From the NCBI GenBank assembly GCA_027618995.1, contig JAQCGO010000008.1, positions 271 to 64,270 of the forward strand: 64,000 bases of DNA, given 5' to 3'. This stretch comes from Pseudomonadota bacterium. Its GTDB lineage: Bacteria; Pseudomonadota; Gammaproteobacteria; Steroidobacterales; Woeseiaceae. The notes beneath the pieces are model-generated. The model saw only the letters and a list, made by a program, of their open reading frames with translations. It was not told the origin of the DNA and searched no databases. The translations under genes and the position numbers were made by a program. Shown here piece by piece: positions 18,418 through 28,690 of the stretch (its first letter is position 1; each line of letters begins with the position of its first letter).

Positions 18418-19371
18418 ATGATTTACGACAACATTCTGCAAACCATCGGCAACACGCCGATAGTCCGACTCAATCGTATGGGCCCTGATCATGTTGAGCT
18501 TTATGTCAAGGTTGAGTCGTTCAACCCGATGGCTTCGGTCAAGGATCGGCTGGCGTTCGCGATCGTTACCGATGCGTTGCAATCGGGTGCGCTCAAGCCC
18601 GGGCAAACGGTTGTAGAGGCGACTTCCGGCAATACGGGTATCGCATTGGCGATGGTGTGTGCGGCACTGGGCCATCCGTTTGTGGCCACAATGGCTGACT
18701 CGTTTTCCATAGAAAGACGCAAGATCATGCGCGGCCTGGGCGCTAAAGTGATTTTGACGCCGGCTGCCGAGCGTGGCTCGGGTATGGTAAAGAAGGCCGA
18801 AGCGCTGGCAGCCAGGCACGGTTGGTTCCTGGCAAGGCAGTTCGAGAATCCGGCAAATCCCGCGTATCACGCGAGCACGACGGGCCCGGAAATATTGCGC
18901 GACTTTGCGGGTCGGCGTCTCGACTACTGGGTAACGGGCTACGGTACCGGCGGTACCATGTCCGGGGCCGGGCGCGTGATCAAGGCGGCCAGACCGGAAG
19001 TGTCGATTGTAGCGACCGAGCCCGAGGCCGCAACCCTGCTAGCTGGCAGTGCCTGGGCGCCGCACAAGATCCAGGGTTGGACACCCGATTTCATTCCTGC
19101 GGTGCTGGATCGCGAAATCTACGATGAGCTGCGATCGATCAGCGACGCGCGCGCTATCGCGGTCGCACGTGAGCTGGCCTCGAGCGAAGGCATTTTCGCC
19201 GGGATTTCGTCCGGTGCCACGCTCGCGACCGCCCTCGATGTCGCCGCGGAGGCGGCTGACGGGGCTGTCATCCTTGCGATGCTGCCGGATACCGGCGAAC
19301 GCTACCTGTCGACGCCGCTGTTCGAAGGCGTCAACGAGGGCTCCGACGACGACTGGCTGGAATCGCTCTAA
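18418..19371 (+). CDS. cysK: Cysteine synthase A (O-acetylserine sulfhydrylase)
   Basis: 317 aa. NPMASVKDR PLP-lysine motif, TSGNTGIALA, GTGGT loop. Confidence 0.9.
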   Translation: MIYDNILQTIGNTPIVRLNRMGPDHVELYVKVESFNPMASVKDRLAFAIVTDALQSGALKPGQTVVEATSGNTGIALAMVCAALGHPFVATMADSFSIERRKIMRGLGAKVILTPAAERGSGMVKKAEALAARHGWFLARQFENPANPAYHASTTGPEILRDFAGRRLDYWVTGYGTGGTMSGAGRVIKAARPEVSIVATEPEAATLLAGSAWAPHKIQGWTPDFIPAVLDREIYDELRSISDARAIAVARELASSEGIFAGISSGATLATALDVAAEAADGAVILAMLPDTGERYLSTPLFEGVNEGSDDDWLESL

Positions 19372-19445
19372 AAGCCCCGAAAAGCCTGGACGCAATTAGT
19401 TTCACCTGAGACCTTAATCACGGCGGATCGCGGCCGCGGCTGGTA

Positions 19446-21704
19446 TTGTTGGCCATTCGGAAAGTATTGCCTGCGAAGGAGCGAGCGTTGCCAGCCGATC
19501 AGTACAATCTGCAGACACGCGAGAATATCGGCAAAGCCAAAGGACTCCTGCACTCACTGGTCCCACGGGCGCAGTGTTTCTGTTTTTACGATATTGCGCG
19601 CCAGTGTGTCTGGAGCAGCGACGGAGCCGATGACTACGAGGTTGACAACTTCGTAGCGGAACTGCCCGACGAAGTCCTGGGTGGCCGCGACAAGGACACC
19701 GAGATCGTGCGCCGCACACTGCACTCGGGTCGTACATTGCTGGTTATGCCGGTGTACGGTACGGAGGGTGTCGGCCTCGGCATCCTGGTTGCCGTGTTCT
19801 CACGCAACACGGGCAAGTCGGCAGCGTTCAATGCCGGCATGATCGCCAGTATTCTGGCTCCGGTCGTTGAAATGATTGGCGAACGGCTGTTGCTCAGCCA
19901 GCGCTTGCAGGCGCTCGAATCTAGCAATGAAGAGATCGAAAAAGAGCTGACGCTCGTATACGAAGTGGACGAGAAAATTCACGGCACATCGCGAAGTCAT
20001 GCCGGGCTTGCGCAGCTGGTCGGACAAAGCGGCCGGTTCCTGGGCATCACCTATAGCGTGATGCTGATACCTGGCAAGCGAATTCGCGTAAGTGCGACCC
20101 ATTCCAGCTGGAAGAACGTCAATCGCAAGGTGCTCGATCGTTACCTGATCGATCACATGTTGCCGAAACTCGAAGGTCAACGCTGGCCGATGGTATTCGA
20201 GATTCCGGGCATAGAGGGAGCAGACGGAGTTGCGGACCAGGGTTACCAGACGCTGCTCTGCCCGTTGATGGACAAGCAGGGCAACCTTGAGGGTGTGCTG
20301 GCCCAACTGGGGCGGGTTAACGGCGGCGAGTTTGGCAAAGCAGAAAGGCGCTTCATGGCGCATATCGTGCGCAAGGTCGAATATGTGATTGAACGTTCAT
20401 TCGATGTCATGACCGGCCTGATGAATCGATCCGGTTTCGAGGCGCAGCTGCAGGAATCGGCGAAGTCACTGCAGGATACAAGCGCACCGCATCAGCTGAT
20501 CTATCTGGATCTCGACAACCTGCAATTGGTCAACGACACTTTTGGCCGCGATGCCGGCGATGCCGTGATCATGCGTTTCGCGGCCATGCTCGAGGAGGAC
20601 CTGTCAAGAAACGCGGTTGTGTCGCGACTAACGGGTGATGACTTCTGTATTTTGCTGGCGCATTCCAGTGGTGCGCAGGCGTTGGAGCTGGCCAACCAGA
20701 TTCGCGATAAAGGGTCGGCGCTGCGCTACCTGCAGGGCGACAAGTCGCTGCAGATTACGATGAGCATCGGTGTTGCGGAATTCAATGTGTACTCCGGCGG
20801 CGAGGGTCGCGCGCTGACTGCGGCGCGGATGGCCTGCGAAGGCGCGAAAGAACACGGCCGCGATCGGATCGAAGTTTATGACGATCAGAACCTGAGCGTG
20901 ATTCGACGCCATGATGACATGCAGCTGGTATCGCAGATTCAGCAGGCAATAGATGCGAACGAATTCGAGTTGCTCGCACAACCTATAACCAGCCTCAAAA
21001 ACAGCAATGATTCGCCTCGATTCGAGATCCTCTTGCGCATGCGCGATGGCGAGAATGCGTTTATACCCACGCGGGCACTGTTCTCGGCCGCGGAGCGCTA
21101 TCGGCTCATGCCGCAGATCGATCGTTGGGTAGTTTCGACAACTATCGCGCGGCTGGCCGAGAATGCCGCTGCCGTCGAAAGTTCAGGCGCCAATTTCTCG
21201 ATCAATTTATCCGGCCAGTCGCTGGGCGATGACGACATTCTCGAGTTCATCGACGGCGAGATTCGCGAGAGCGGTATCTCGGCTAAACACCTGTGTTTCG
21301 AAGTGACTGAGTCCGCAGCTGTGTCCAATCTGAAAAAGGCGCAGACGTTTATTGACGCGTTGCGCCATCGTGGTTACCGCATATCACTGGATGATTTCGG
21401 CGCCGGCCTGAGCTCATTCGCCTACCTGAAAAACTTCAATGTCGATACGCTGAAAATCGATGGTATCTTCATTCGTGATATCACGGACAATAGAATCTCC
21501 GAGTCAATGGTTGCGGCTATCACCCAAGTTGCAAAGGTCATGGAACTCGAGACTGTCGCCGAATACGTGGAAAGTGCGGAAACCCGCGAGCTGATCGCGA
21601 AGCTGGGCGTCGATTTTGCACAGGGCCACCAGATCGGCAGGCCGGTAGCGCTGGACGAAATCCTGGCCGGTCTTGGTGCTGCCACGAAAGTGTCGGTCGG
21701 CTAA
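19446..21704 (+). CDS. Sensor domain(s)-GGDEF-EAL signalling protein; GGDEF site degenerate, EAL likely active
   Basis: 752 aa. The GGDEF position reads TGDDF (20631-20645). EAL motifs are EILLR, DDFGAGLSSFAYL, KIDGIFI and QGHQIGRP. Confidence 0.9.
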   Translation: MLAIRKVLPAKERALPADQYNLQTRENIGKAKGLLHSLVPRAQCFCFYDIARQCVWSSDGADDYEVDNFVAELPDEVLGGRDKDTEIVRRTLHSGRTLLVMPVYGTEGVGLGILVAVFSRNTGKSAAFNAGMIASILAPVVEMIGERLLLSQRLQALESSNEEIEKELTLVYEVDEKIHGTSRSHAGLAQLVGQSGRFLGITYSVMLIPGKRIRVSATHSSWKNVNRKVLDRYLIDHMLPKLEGQRWPMVFEIPGIEGADGVADQGYQTLLCPLMDKQGNLEGVLAQLGRVNGGEFGKAERRFMAHIVRKVEYVIERSFDVMTGLMNRSGFEAQLQESAKSLQDTSAPHQLIYLDLDNLQLVNDTFGRDAGDAVIMRFAAMLEEDLSRNAVVSRLTGDDFCILLAHSSGAQALELANQIRDKGSALRYLQGDKSLQITMSIGVAEFNVYSGGEGRALTAARMACEGAKEHGRDRIEVYDDQNLSVIRRHDDMQLVSQIQQAIDANEFELLAQPITSLKNSNDSPRFEILLRMRDGENAFIPTRALFSAAERYRLMPQIDRWVVSTTIARLAENAAAVESSGANFSINLSGQSLGDDDILEFIDGEIRESGISAKHLCFEVTESAAVSNLKKAQTFIDALRHRGYRISLDDFGAGLSSFAYLKNFNVDTLKIDGIFIRDITDNRISESMVAAITQVAKVMELETVAEYVESAETRELIAKLGVDFAQGHQIGRPVALDEILAGLGAATKVSVG

Positions 21705-22165
21705 AACACGCCCGCCTCGAGGCCGGCCGCAAGCGTCAGGCCGAGATTTTCGCAGTCCGCCAGACGCTGCTCGTCAAATTCGCCAACGATAAGCACTGGC
21801 TCCTGCACTTCACGCACGCCGAGGCCAGTCAGTATCCTTCGCATGCTGCTGATCGCCCCGGAGCCATCATTACCGGCGCGAACGAACAGTGCGAACGGTT
21901 TGCCATTCAGTTTGTTTTCGCAGCGGGAATAAACGCGGTCCAGGAAGTACTTCATGGCGCCGCTCATATAGCCGAAGTTCTCGGGCGTGCCCAGAATGAA
22001 TCCATCCGCCCACAGCAAATCGTCGGCATCGGCTTCAAGTGCCGACTTTATTCGCACCTCCACACCGCTAACGTCTTTGTGCGTCGCTCCGGCAATAACC
22101 GCATCGGCCATACGCGAAGTCGTTCCCGATTGAGTGTGATAAACGATCAACAAGTGTCTGGACAT
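21701..22165 (-). CDS. Flavodoxin-like fold FMN-binding protein
   Basis: 154 aa. N-terminal LIVYHTQSGTTSRMA flavodoxin-type phosphate loop. Confidence 0.75.
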   Translation of the reverse strand: MSRHLLIVYHTQSGTTSRMADAVIAGATHKDVSGVEVRIKSALEADADDLLWADGFILGTPENFGYMSGAMKYFLDRVYSRCENKLNGKPFALFVRAGNDGSGAISSMRRILTGLGVREVQEPVLIVGEFDEQRLADCENLGLTLAAGLEAGVF

Positions 22166-22182
22166 CCTGCCAGTGTAACGTC

Positions 22183-25092
22183 ATGGCGTCGGCAACGACA
22201 TTTTTGGCTGCTAGACTGCGCGGCATGGAACCAGCGGCAAACCCAAACCTGCAGAGCGCGCTCGCAAGCCTGCCCACCGAATTGCAAAGCGTGGCGATGC
22301 GCCAGCTCGAGCGCTATTTCGCGCCGGACGGTCGTCCGCCGATTCCGGACGACATGCTGGGGACGCTGGTACGGCTACTGGCCTGTAGCGAATACGGCGG
22401 AAATACGTTTCAGAAGGAATGGGCCTGGCTGATCACGCAGCGCGAGACACTGCATTTGCCACCCGATGTCAGAGACCTGGCGGCGTTTGCAGAGCGCATA
22501 GCGGCCAGCGAGCAATCGCAGGACGAGGTCAAGTCGGAAATCCGGCGCTATCGTCATCGTTACCTGCTGCACGTCCTGTGGCGCGAATACGCGGCGACCG
22601 CGGTCCTCAACGAGACTCTGGCATCGATTTCCGCGCTCGCCGATTATTTGCTGCGCGGCGTTGCAGCGTACGCGCAGGCGGCTGTAGCAGAGCGTTTTGG
22701 GCGCGTTCATGACGACCAGGGCGAGCCGGTATCCATCGTCGTGCTCGGTATGGGCAAGCTCGGCGGCAACGAGCTGAATTTTTCCTCCGATATTGATCTG
22801 ATTTTTCTGCACCCGGGTGGCGCGGATAGCGACGGCCACAAGTCGTTGAGCGCGCACGAATACTTCACGCGGGTCAGTCACATCATGGTCGCACTCATCG
22901 ATGAGCCGACCGCGGACGGCTTCGCATTCCGAATTGACACGCGGCTCCGGCCGTTCGGTGACAGCGGACCGGCGGTGACCAGCTTTGCCGCGCTGGAATC
23001 GTATCTCGTGCGCCATGGCCGCGGTTGGGAGCGCTATGCCTACGTCAAGGCACGCGCCGTCGGGCCACCACTAATGCCGGCCGTTGCGGCGGACCTGTAT
23101 GACAATCTGATCACGCCATTCGTTTATCGACACTATCTGGACTACGGTATTTTCGAGTCATTACGAGAGATGCGTGCCCTGATCGGCGCAGAGGTCGAAC
23201 GACGCGAGCTCGCCGACAATATAAAGCTGGGTCCGGGCGGCATTCGCGAAATCGAGTTCATGGTGCAGTCGCTGCAACTGGTGCGCGGCGGCAGCCGACC
23301 TGAACTGCAGGGCCACGAATTGCAAACCATCCTGTCGCGACTGGTCGGGCAGCATGGCATCGAGGCAGAGGATGTCGTTGCACTGCAAGCCGCTTACGAA
23401 TTCCTGCGCCGCCTCGAGAACTTCATTCAGGCCATTCGTGATCAGCAGACGCATGAGTTACCTGTCGACGCGCTGGATCAGGCGCGGTTGGCGGTGGCGA
23501 TGCAGTTTGCCGACTGGCAAGAGCTGCGGCGCGAACTCGATGCGCATCGCGACCAGGTGGCCAGGCAATTCGGCAAAATAGTGTTTCGCGAGCAGGCTGA
23601 CGCGTCGAGCGCAGCACCACGACGCCGTTTGTCCGAACTCTGGAACTCGGCAATGACACGTGCTGATCTGGCAGAGGCGTTGCACGCCGAGGGATTTGCA
23701 GGCGCGGAAGTAATCGCGGCAGCGCTCGAAGAATTTCGCAACGTGGCCGCTCAGGCAGACCGGATGTCGGGCCAGCGGTTGCAGCAGTTCATTCCAAATC
23801 TGTTGTTGCTGCTTAAGGATATGGACGAACCAACGCTGGCGTTACAGCGCATGTTGACCGTCGCAGAGCGCGTATTGCGGCGCAGCGCGTACCTGGCTCT
23901 GCTCAATGAAAATACGGCAGCGATGGGCAAGCTCGTTGAGTTGTGCGCACGCAGCGCCTATGTAGCACGGGAAATTGCCCGCTTTCCGGTTCTGCTCGAT
24001 GAACTGCTGGATCCGGGGATTTACACCGGGCGCATCACACGCGAGGGTTTGCAGGCGGACCTCGCCGCGCAGTTGAAGGGCGTCGACCCCGACGACAGCG
24101 AGGCGCAAATGGAATTGCTGGCCAAATTCCAGCGTGCCACACAGTTTCGAATTGCATTGGCCGACTTCAATGGCAATTTGCCGATCATGCGCGTCAGCGA
24201 CTGTCTGACCTATCTGGCCGAGGTCGTCCTCGATCATGCGCTGCACGTTGCGTGGCGCGACCTGATCGCCGTGCATGGCGCGCCGGGTGCGGCTGGGCTG
24301 GGCATCGTCGCGTACGGCAAGCTTGGTGGCCTTGAGTTGTCTTACGGGTCGGACCTGGACCTCGTGTTCCTGCATGACTCGCCGGGTGTGGGCCATCTGA
24401 CCGACGGCGGGAAACCGATCGATCACACCGTGTTCTATACCAGGCTGGCAAAACGTCTCGTGCATTTTCTGACAACACAAACGGGGTCCGGGATGCTTTA
24501 CGAGATTGACACGCGCCTGCGCCCCGACGGCAATTCCGGCGTCCTGGTCAGCAGTGTTGATGCCTTTGAGCGTTACCAGGAAGACAACGCCTGGACCTGG
24601 GAACACCAGGCCCTGTTGCGCGCCCGGCCCGTGGTTGGCAGTGACAGTATTGCACGCGCATTTGAACGCATTCGTTACGCTACGTTGACGGCGGGCCTGC
24701 ACCACGACACATTGCGTAGCGATGTTATTTCGATGCGCATTCGGATGCGGCAAAAACTCGACCGCAGCGATGCACAGATTTTCGACCTAAAGCAAGGCAA
24801 GGGCGGCATCGGCGACATCGAATTTCTTGTGCAGTACCTGGTGCTCGCAAACGCCGCGACCCATCCATCGGTTATTCATTACTCTGACAACATCCGGCAG
24901 CTTGATGCGTTGGCTGCAACCGGGTGCCTGGATGCGACCACAGCGTCGCGACTGCAGACGATCTATCGTGATTACCGGCTGCATGTGCATCGATTGCTGC
25001 TCGACGATCAGGTGGCAGAAGTCGGACAAAGCGAGTTCGAGCCCGAGCGCCGGTTTGTCAGTGAGGTCTGGGCAGTGCACCTCGGTGATTAG
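22183..25092 (+). CDS. glnE: Bifunctional glutamine synthetase adenylyltransferase/adenylyl-removing enzyme
   Basis: 969 aa. Two nucleotidyltransferase repeats (GKLGGNELNFSSDIDLIFL and GKLGGLELSYGSDLDLVFL). Confidence 0.95.
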   Translation: MASATTFLAARLRGMEPAANPNLQSALASLPTELQSVAMRQLERYFAPDGRPPIPDDMLGTLVRLLACSEYGGNTFQKEWAWLITQRETLHLPPDVRDLAAFAERIAASEQSQDEVKSEIRRYRHRYLLHVLWREYAATAVLNETLASISALADYLLRGVAAYAQAAVAERFGRVHDDQGEPVSIVVLGMGKLGGNELNFSSDIDLIFLHPGGADSDGHKSLSAHEYFTRVSHIMVALIDEPTADGFAFRIDTRLRPFGDSGPAVTSFAALESYLVRHGRGWERYAYVKARAVGPPLMPAVAADLYDNLITPFVYRHYLDYGIFESLREMRALIGAEVERRELADNIKLGPGGIREIEFMVQSLQLVRGGSRPELQGHELQTILSRLVGQHGIEAEDVVALQAAYEFLRRLENFIQAIRDQQTHELPVDALDQARLAVAMQFADWQELRRELDAHRDQVARQFGKIVFREQADASSAAPRRRLSELWNSAMTRADLAEALHAEGFAGAEVIAAALEEFRNVAAQADRMSGQRLQQFIPNLLLLLKDMDEPTLALQRMLTVAERVLRRSAYLALLNENTAAMGKLVELCARSAYVAREIARFPVLLDELLDPGIYTGRITREGLQADLAAQLKGVDPDDSEAQMELLAKFQRATQFRIALADFNGNLPIMRVSDCLTYLAEVVLDHALHVAWRDLIAVHGAPGAAGLGIVAYGKLGGLELSYGSDLDLVFLHDSPGVGHLTDGGKPIDHTVFYTRLAKRLVHFLTTQTGSGMLYEIDTRLRPDGNSGVLVSSVDAFERYQEDNAWTWEHQALLRARPVVGSDSIARAFERIRYATLTAGLHHDTLRSDVISMRIRMRQKLDRSDAQIFDLKQGKGGIGDIEFLVQYLVLANAATHPSVIHYSDNIRQLDALAATGCLDATTASRLQTIYRDYRLHVHRLLLDDQVAEVGQSEFEPERRFVSEVWAVHLGD

Positions 25093-25174
25093 GGGCGCAT
25101 GGCAGTTGCAGTCGGGCTGCGCTTATAATCCGGCGCAGTGCGCGCATGCGCGATAGATCACCGCAGGAACTCCA

Positions 25175-25381
25175 TTGAATCCCAGATCAGGCAACGTCGA
25201 CGAAATCCTTATTCCGGCGAACGCGCAGAATCGCTACCACGTGCGCAGCAGCGACCTGCCGCTGTCCTGCCCTATGCCGGGCATGTACCTGTGGAATTCG
25301 CATCCGAAGGTGTATATGCCGATCGCCGAGACGGGTGAGGCCAAGTGTCCGTACTGTGGTGCCCAATTTGAGCTGCTTTAG
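25175..25381 (+). CDS. Small zinc-finger (zf-CHCC type) protein
   Basis: 68 aa. SCPMP...HPKVYMP...KCPYCGAQFEL pattern. TTG start as given in the track; start uncertain. Confidence 0.6.
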   Translation: MNPRSGNVDEILIPANAQNRYHVRSSDLPLSCPMPGMYLWNSHPKVYMPIAETGEAKCPYCGAQFELL

Positions 25382-25530
25382 CCATTTTTGTCACTAAATG
25401 TGTCGAACTCCGAGAAAATAACAACGATATGGCCAAAATCGGAAAACCAACACGTTACCGGCTGCTGATATCAGTTGCCCGGTCGGTAGTCTGGTCGAAT
25501 TCAGGTCATTAAAAGCACCGATCGATAGTC

Positions 25531-25560
25531 GAAAATCGGCGAAAAGTGGCGAAAATAGCA
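25531..25560. repeat. Three tandem 10-bp units with phased A-tracts
   Basis: GAAAATCGGC / GAAAAGTGGC / GAAAATAGCA, inside a conspicuously AT-rich intergenic region (25382-25728). Confidence 0.6.
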
Positions 25561-25728
25561 CTAAATGAGAGAAATGACGCTTATCGACCGAGTCCTGATT
25601 CATGGCGCTTCTCTGTATCCGGAATTTCTCAAAAAAACCACTGAAAAACCTCAGAAAATGTTGTTATTGCTGATAAAAGCACCGAATCGCCGAAAACGTG
25701 CAATATTGCGCGAAATAGAGTCGAGCCA

Positions 25729-26460
25729 GTGACTGAGACCGTTGAGAAGACGGCCAGCGGCGCGATCCTGTATGACCGGCAGGTGATCGCCGAGATCAGC
25801 GAGGCACGCTTCGTTGCTTCAGGTTGGCTGCATTCGGAGCCGGTCGAAGGTCTGCTGGGTTCGCAGGGCCGTGGCAATACGATGCACGTAGGCAATGTGC
25901 CGCGCCAGTTTGTATTACGCCACTACCAGCGCGGCGGCCTCATCGGCCGGTTAATTGATGACAGCTTTGTGTGGATGGGCGCCGATGCATCCCGACCGTT
26001 TCGTGAGTGGCGCATGCTGGCCAAGATGGCCGACAACGGGTTGCGCGTGCCACGGCCGGTCGCGGCCAGGTACCAGCGCAAGGGACTTCTTTATACGGCC
26101 GACCTGATAACCGTCCGCGTGCCAAACGTGCAATCGCTGTCGAACTGTTTACTCGATCGCCCGGGCGGCGAGGATTTCTGGCAGCAGCTTGGCGCTGCGA
26201 TCCATGAGTTTCACGCGCAAGGCGTATTCCACGCCGACATGAACGCGTCCAATCTGCAGATCGACAGTTCCGGTCATTTATGGATGCTCGATTTCGATCG
26301 CGGCCGGTTGTTGCCGCCAGGACCATGGCAACAAAAAACGCTGAGCCGTCTGCACCGGTCCCTGCGCAAGATCAAATCGGCCAGCCCGGCCCTGCATTTC
26401 GATCCGCTCGACTGGGAAATGCTGTTGCAGGGTTACTTCGCTGCGTCGAGATCGGCGTAG
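25729..26460 (+). CDS. kdkA: 3-deoxy-D-manno-octulosonic acid (Kdo) kinase
   Basis: 243 aa with GTG start. LRHYQRGG, GVFHADMNASNLQID, WMLDFDRG motifs of KdkA. Confidence 0.85.
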   Translation: MTETVEKTASGAILYDRQVIAEISEARFVASGWLHSEPVEGLLGSQGRGNTMHVGNVPRQFVLRHYQRGGLIGRLIDDSFVWMGADASRPFREWRMLAKMADNGLRVPRPVAARYQRKGLLYTADLITVRVPNVQSLSNCLLDRPGGEDFWQQLGAAIHEFHAQGVFHADMNASNLQIDSSGHLWMLDFDRGRLLPPGPWQQKTLSRLHRSLRKIKSASPALHFDPLDWEMLLQGYFAASRSA

Positions 26461-27371
26461 CTGTCCTCGTAGCCGGCCGGCAGGTCCTTAAACTTGCGAT
26501 GGATCCAGAAGTATTGTTCGGGGCAGGTCCGGATATGCGCCTCCATCAGGGCGACATAGCGCTGCACGTCTGCGACCGGGTCGTCGGTCGGGAAATTGTC
26601 CAGCGGCGGCAGGAACCTGAGGATGTAGCGCCCTTCCGGTGTACGTCGCGGAAAAAACGGCACGACCACAGCCTGGCCAAGTCTCGCGACGGTCGAGGTG
26701 GCCGTCGCGTGCATGGTCGGCACACCGAAAAACGGTACGACGACGGCACCCTTGCGCTTATAACTCTGGTCGGGCGCATACCAAACGGCTACGCCGGCGC
26801 GCAGCCTGCGTACCATTTGCTTGATGTCGCGCTTTTCGATCGTATTATCGGCAGAGCGTTCACGGCCTGAGCGCAAAATCTCGGTGACGAACGGGCTGCG
26901 GTTGCGACGATAAACGGCATCGAAATGAGCCCCGGCATGCCGAACCGCGCGGCCGCTGATCTCGATCGTCGTAAAGTGTGCGCTGAGTAAGATGATGCCC
27001 CTGCCGGCCTTTAGCGGTTCGGTCAGGTACTCGAGATTTTCGATCGTGCACAACGCCGCAATTTGTTCGTCCGATGCCCAGCGGCCGTGTCCCATTTCAA
27101 CGACCGACATACCGAGCGCCGCAAAATGCTCACGTGTGAGATGGTCGCGTTCCGCTGTCGTTTTCTCGGGAAAACAGAGTTCAATGTTGCGTCGCACAAT
27201 AGCCCTGCGCTCCGCGCCGACTCGATGGGCGAGGCGGCCCAACAACCGGCCGATCGCGAGGCTGCTGCGATGCGGCAGCATGCAGACAACGCGCAGGCAG
27301 CCGAGTCCAAGCCAGACATGCCAATACCGGGGCGCAATATAGGTGTGTAGTGCTTTTCGCTCGGCGGCCAT
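26433..27371 (-). CDS. lpxL: Lipid A biosynthesis lauroyl/late acyltransferase
   Basis: 312 aa. LpxL/HtrB-like, with the HFTTIE (HX4E-type) motif and YWHVWLGLG N-terminal region. Confidence 0.85.
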   Translation of the reverse strand: MAAERKALHTYIAPRYWHVWLGLGCLRVVCMLPHRSSLAIGRLLGRLAHRVGAERRAIVRRNIELCFPEKTTAERDHLTREHFAALGMSVVEMGHGRWASDEQIAALCTIENLEYLTEPLKAGRGIILLSAHFTTIEISGRAVRHAGAHFDAVYRRNRSPFVTEILRSGRERSADNTIEKRDIKQMVRRLRAGVAVWYAPDQSYKRKGAVVVPFFGVPTMHATATSTVARLGQAVVVPFFPRRTPEGRYILRFLPPLDNFPTDDPVADVQRYVALMEAHIRTCPEQYFWIHRKFKDLPAGYEDSYADLDAAK

Positions 27372-27388
27372 TACGGTCGACTGTAAGC

Positions 27389-28690
27389 CTATTCTTCTTC
27401 TTCGGACATCCCGTCGATGCTGTTGACGTTGTCACGCTGCTCCTGGCTCAGGATGTCATCAGGTGCCGCTTCGGCAGGCGTTTCGTCGGTCTGAATGCCA
27501 ATATGAAACGCTGCGAACCCCGGCATGACGATCTGGTTTCGTGCCATACCGATGATTCGACCCGAGAACGGTGAGCGCATTTCCACCTGCGCGTTATTCA
27601 TTGGATCTGTAATCGTGCCGAGCAGATCACCTTTGCGTACCGTGCTGCCGAGATCAACGTCGGCCAGCAGGATGCCGCCATTGTCCGCACGCACCCACGA
27701 GGATTGATAGTAGACCGGCTCCGGGTCGCCCCAGAAGCTGACCTTGCGGGTCATACCCAGCGAGGTAACGAGAGATTCAATACCTTTAACACCCAGTCGG
27801 ACGTCATTCAATTCCAACTGGAAGGGTCCGCCCGCTTCGAGCGTGACCGTCGGTATACCAGCGCGGGTGGCAGCATGTCGCAGCGTGCCAACCTCCGGCG
27901 TGCTGTGCAGAATAACCATGGAACCAAACCCCAGTGTCAAAGTAACCACGTCGGGGTTACGCAAATCGGCGCGAATCTGTGGCAGGTTTGCGCGCTCATT
28001 GGAGCCCGTGTGCAGGTCGACCAGCGCGTCACATTTCGCGATGACATTGACAAAAAACGAGTGGGCAATGCGCGCGGCTGCACTGCCGTTCGGGTTGCCC
28101 GGGAAGTAGCGGTTCAGATCGCGGCGATCCGGCAGGTCGCGGGTGCCGCTGCGAAAACCCTGCACGTTGACGATCGGCACACCGATAATTGCGCCGGACA
28201 GGTTTTCCGGTGTCAGGTCGTGCATGACCCTGCGCACCATTTCGATACCGTTGAGCTCGTCGCCGTGTACCGCTGCGGTCAGGCAAAGCGTGGGGCCAGG
28301 TTCTGCGCCATTGATCACAAGAACGGGTGTCAATACCGGCACGCCCTCAAATAGCTCGGTCGCTGACCAGGCCAGGCGCTGCGATGTGCCGGGCATGATG
28401 GTCTCGCCCAGGAGTTCGAGTGGTGCGGCCACGCGGCCTGCCTCAGATACCGCATCTGCCAATGCAACACCGGCTTCGTGCAGATTGATCGGGTCGATCA
28501 GGATCTCGGGCGCAGTGTCTGGCGCGGAATCAGCAGACTGGTCGCTGCCGGGGACCGCGATTGTCTCGTCGACTTCGCCGGGTTCTGTCGCGGATTCGCC
28601 GGCGAGCAGGGAATTTTTGGCACACAGCAGCAGCAGTGCAACCAGGCTATGCGTCGCGAAGGTGCTGAATTGTCGGTAAAGACTAGTCAT
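27389..28690 (-). CDS. Succinylglutamate desuccinylase/aspartoacylase (AstE/AspA) family zinc hydrolase, secreted
   Basis: ORF 27389..28756. Start placed at MTSLYRQFSTFATHSLVALLLL. HGDELNG metal motif. Acidic C-terminal tail. Confidence 0.8.
   Translation of the reverse strand: MTSLYRQFSTFATHSLVALLLLCAKNSLLAGESATEPGEVDETIAVPGSDQSADSAPDTAPEILIDPINLHEAGVALADAVSEAGRVAAPLELLGETIMPGTSQRLAWSATELFEGVPVLTPVLVINGAEPGPTLCLTAAVHGDELNGIEMVRRVMHDLTPENLSGAIIGVPIVNVQGFRSGTRDLPDRRDLNRYFPGNPNGSAAARIAHSFFVNVIAKCDALVDLHTGSNERANLPQIRADLRNPDVVTLTLGFGSMVILHSTPEVGTLRHAATRAGIPTVTLEAGGPFQLELNDVRLGVKGIESLVTSLGMTRKVSFWGDPEPVYYQSSWVRADNGGILLADVDLGSTVRKGDLLGTITDPMNNAQVEMRSPFSGRIIGMARNQIVMPGFAAFHIGIQTDETPAEAAPDDILSQEQRDNVNSIDGMSEEEE

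Noticed and set aside
25394-25895. ORFs 25394..25603 (-) and 25629..25895 (-) in the AT-rich spacer.
   Set aside because: Their sequences are dominated by the A-tract repeats read in reverse (Phe/Ser/Leu-rich). There is no RBS, and the second overlaps the kdkA start. I treat the region as non-coding.
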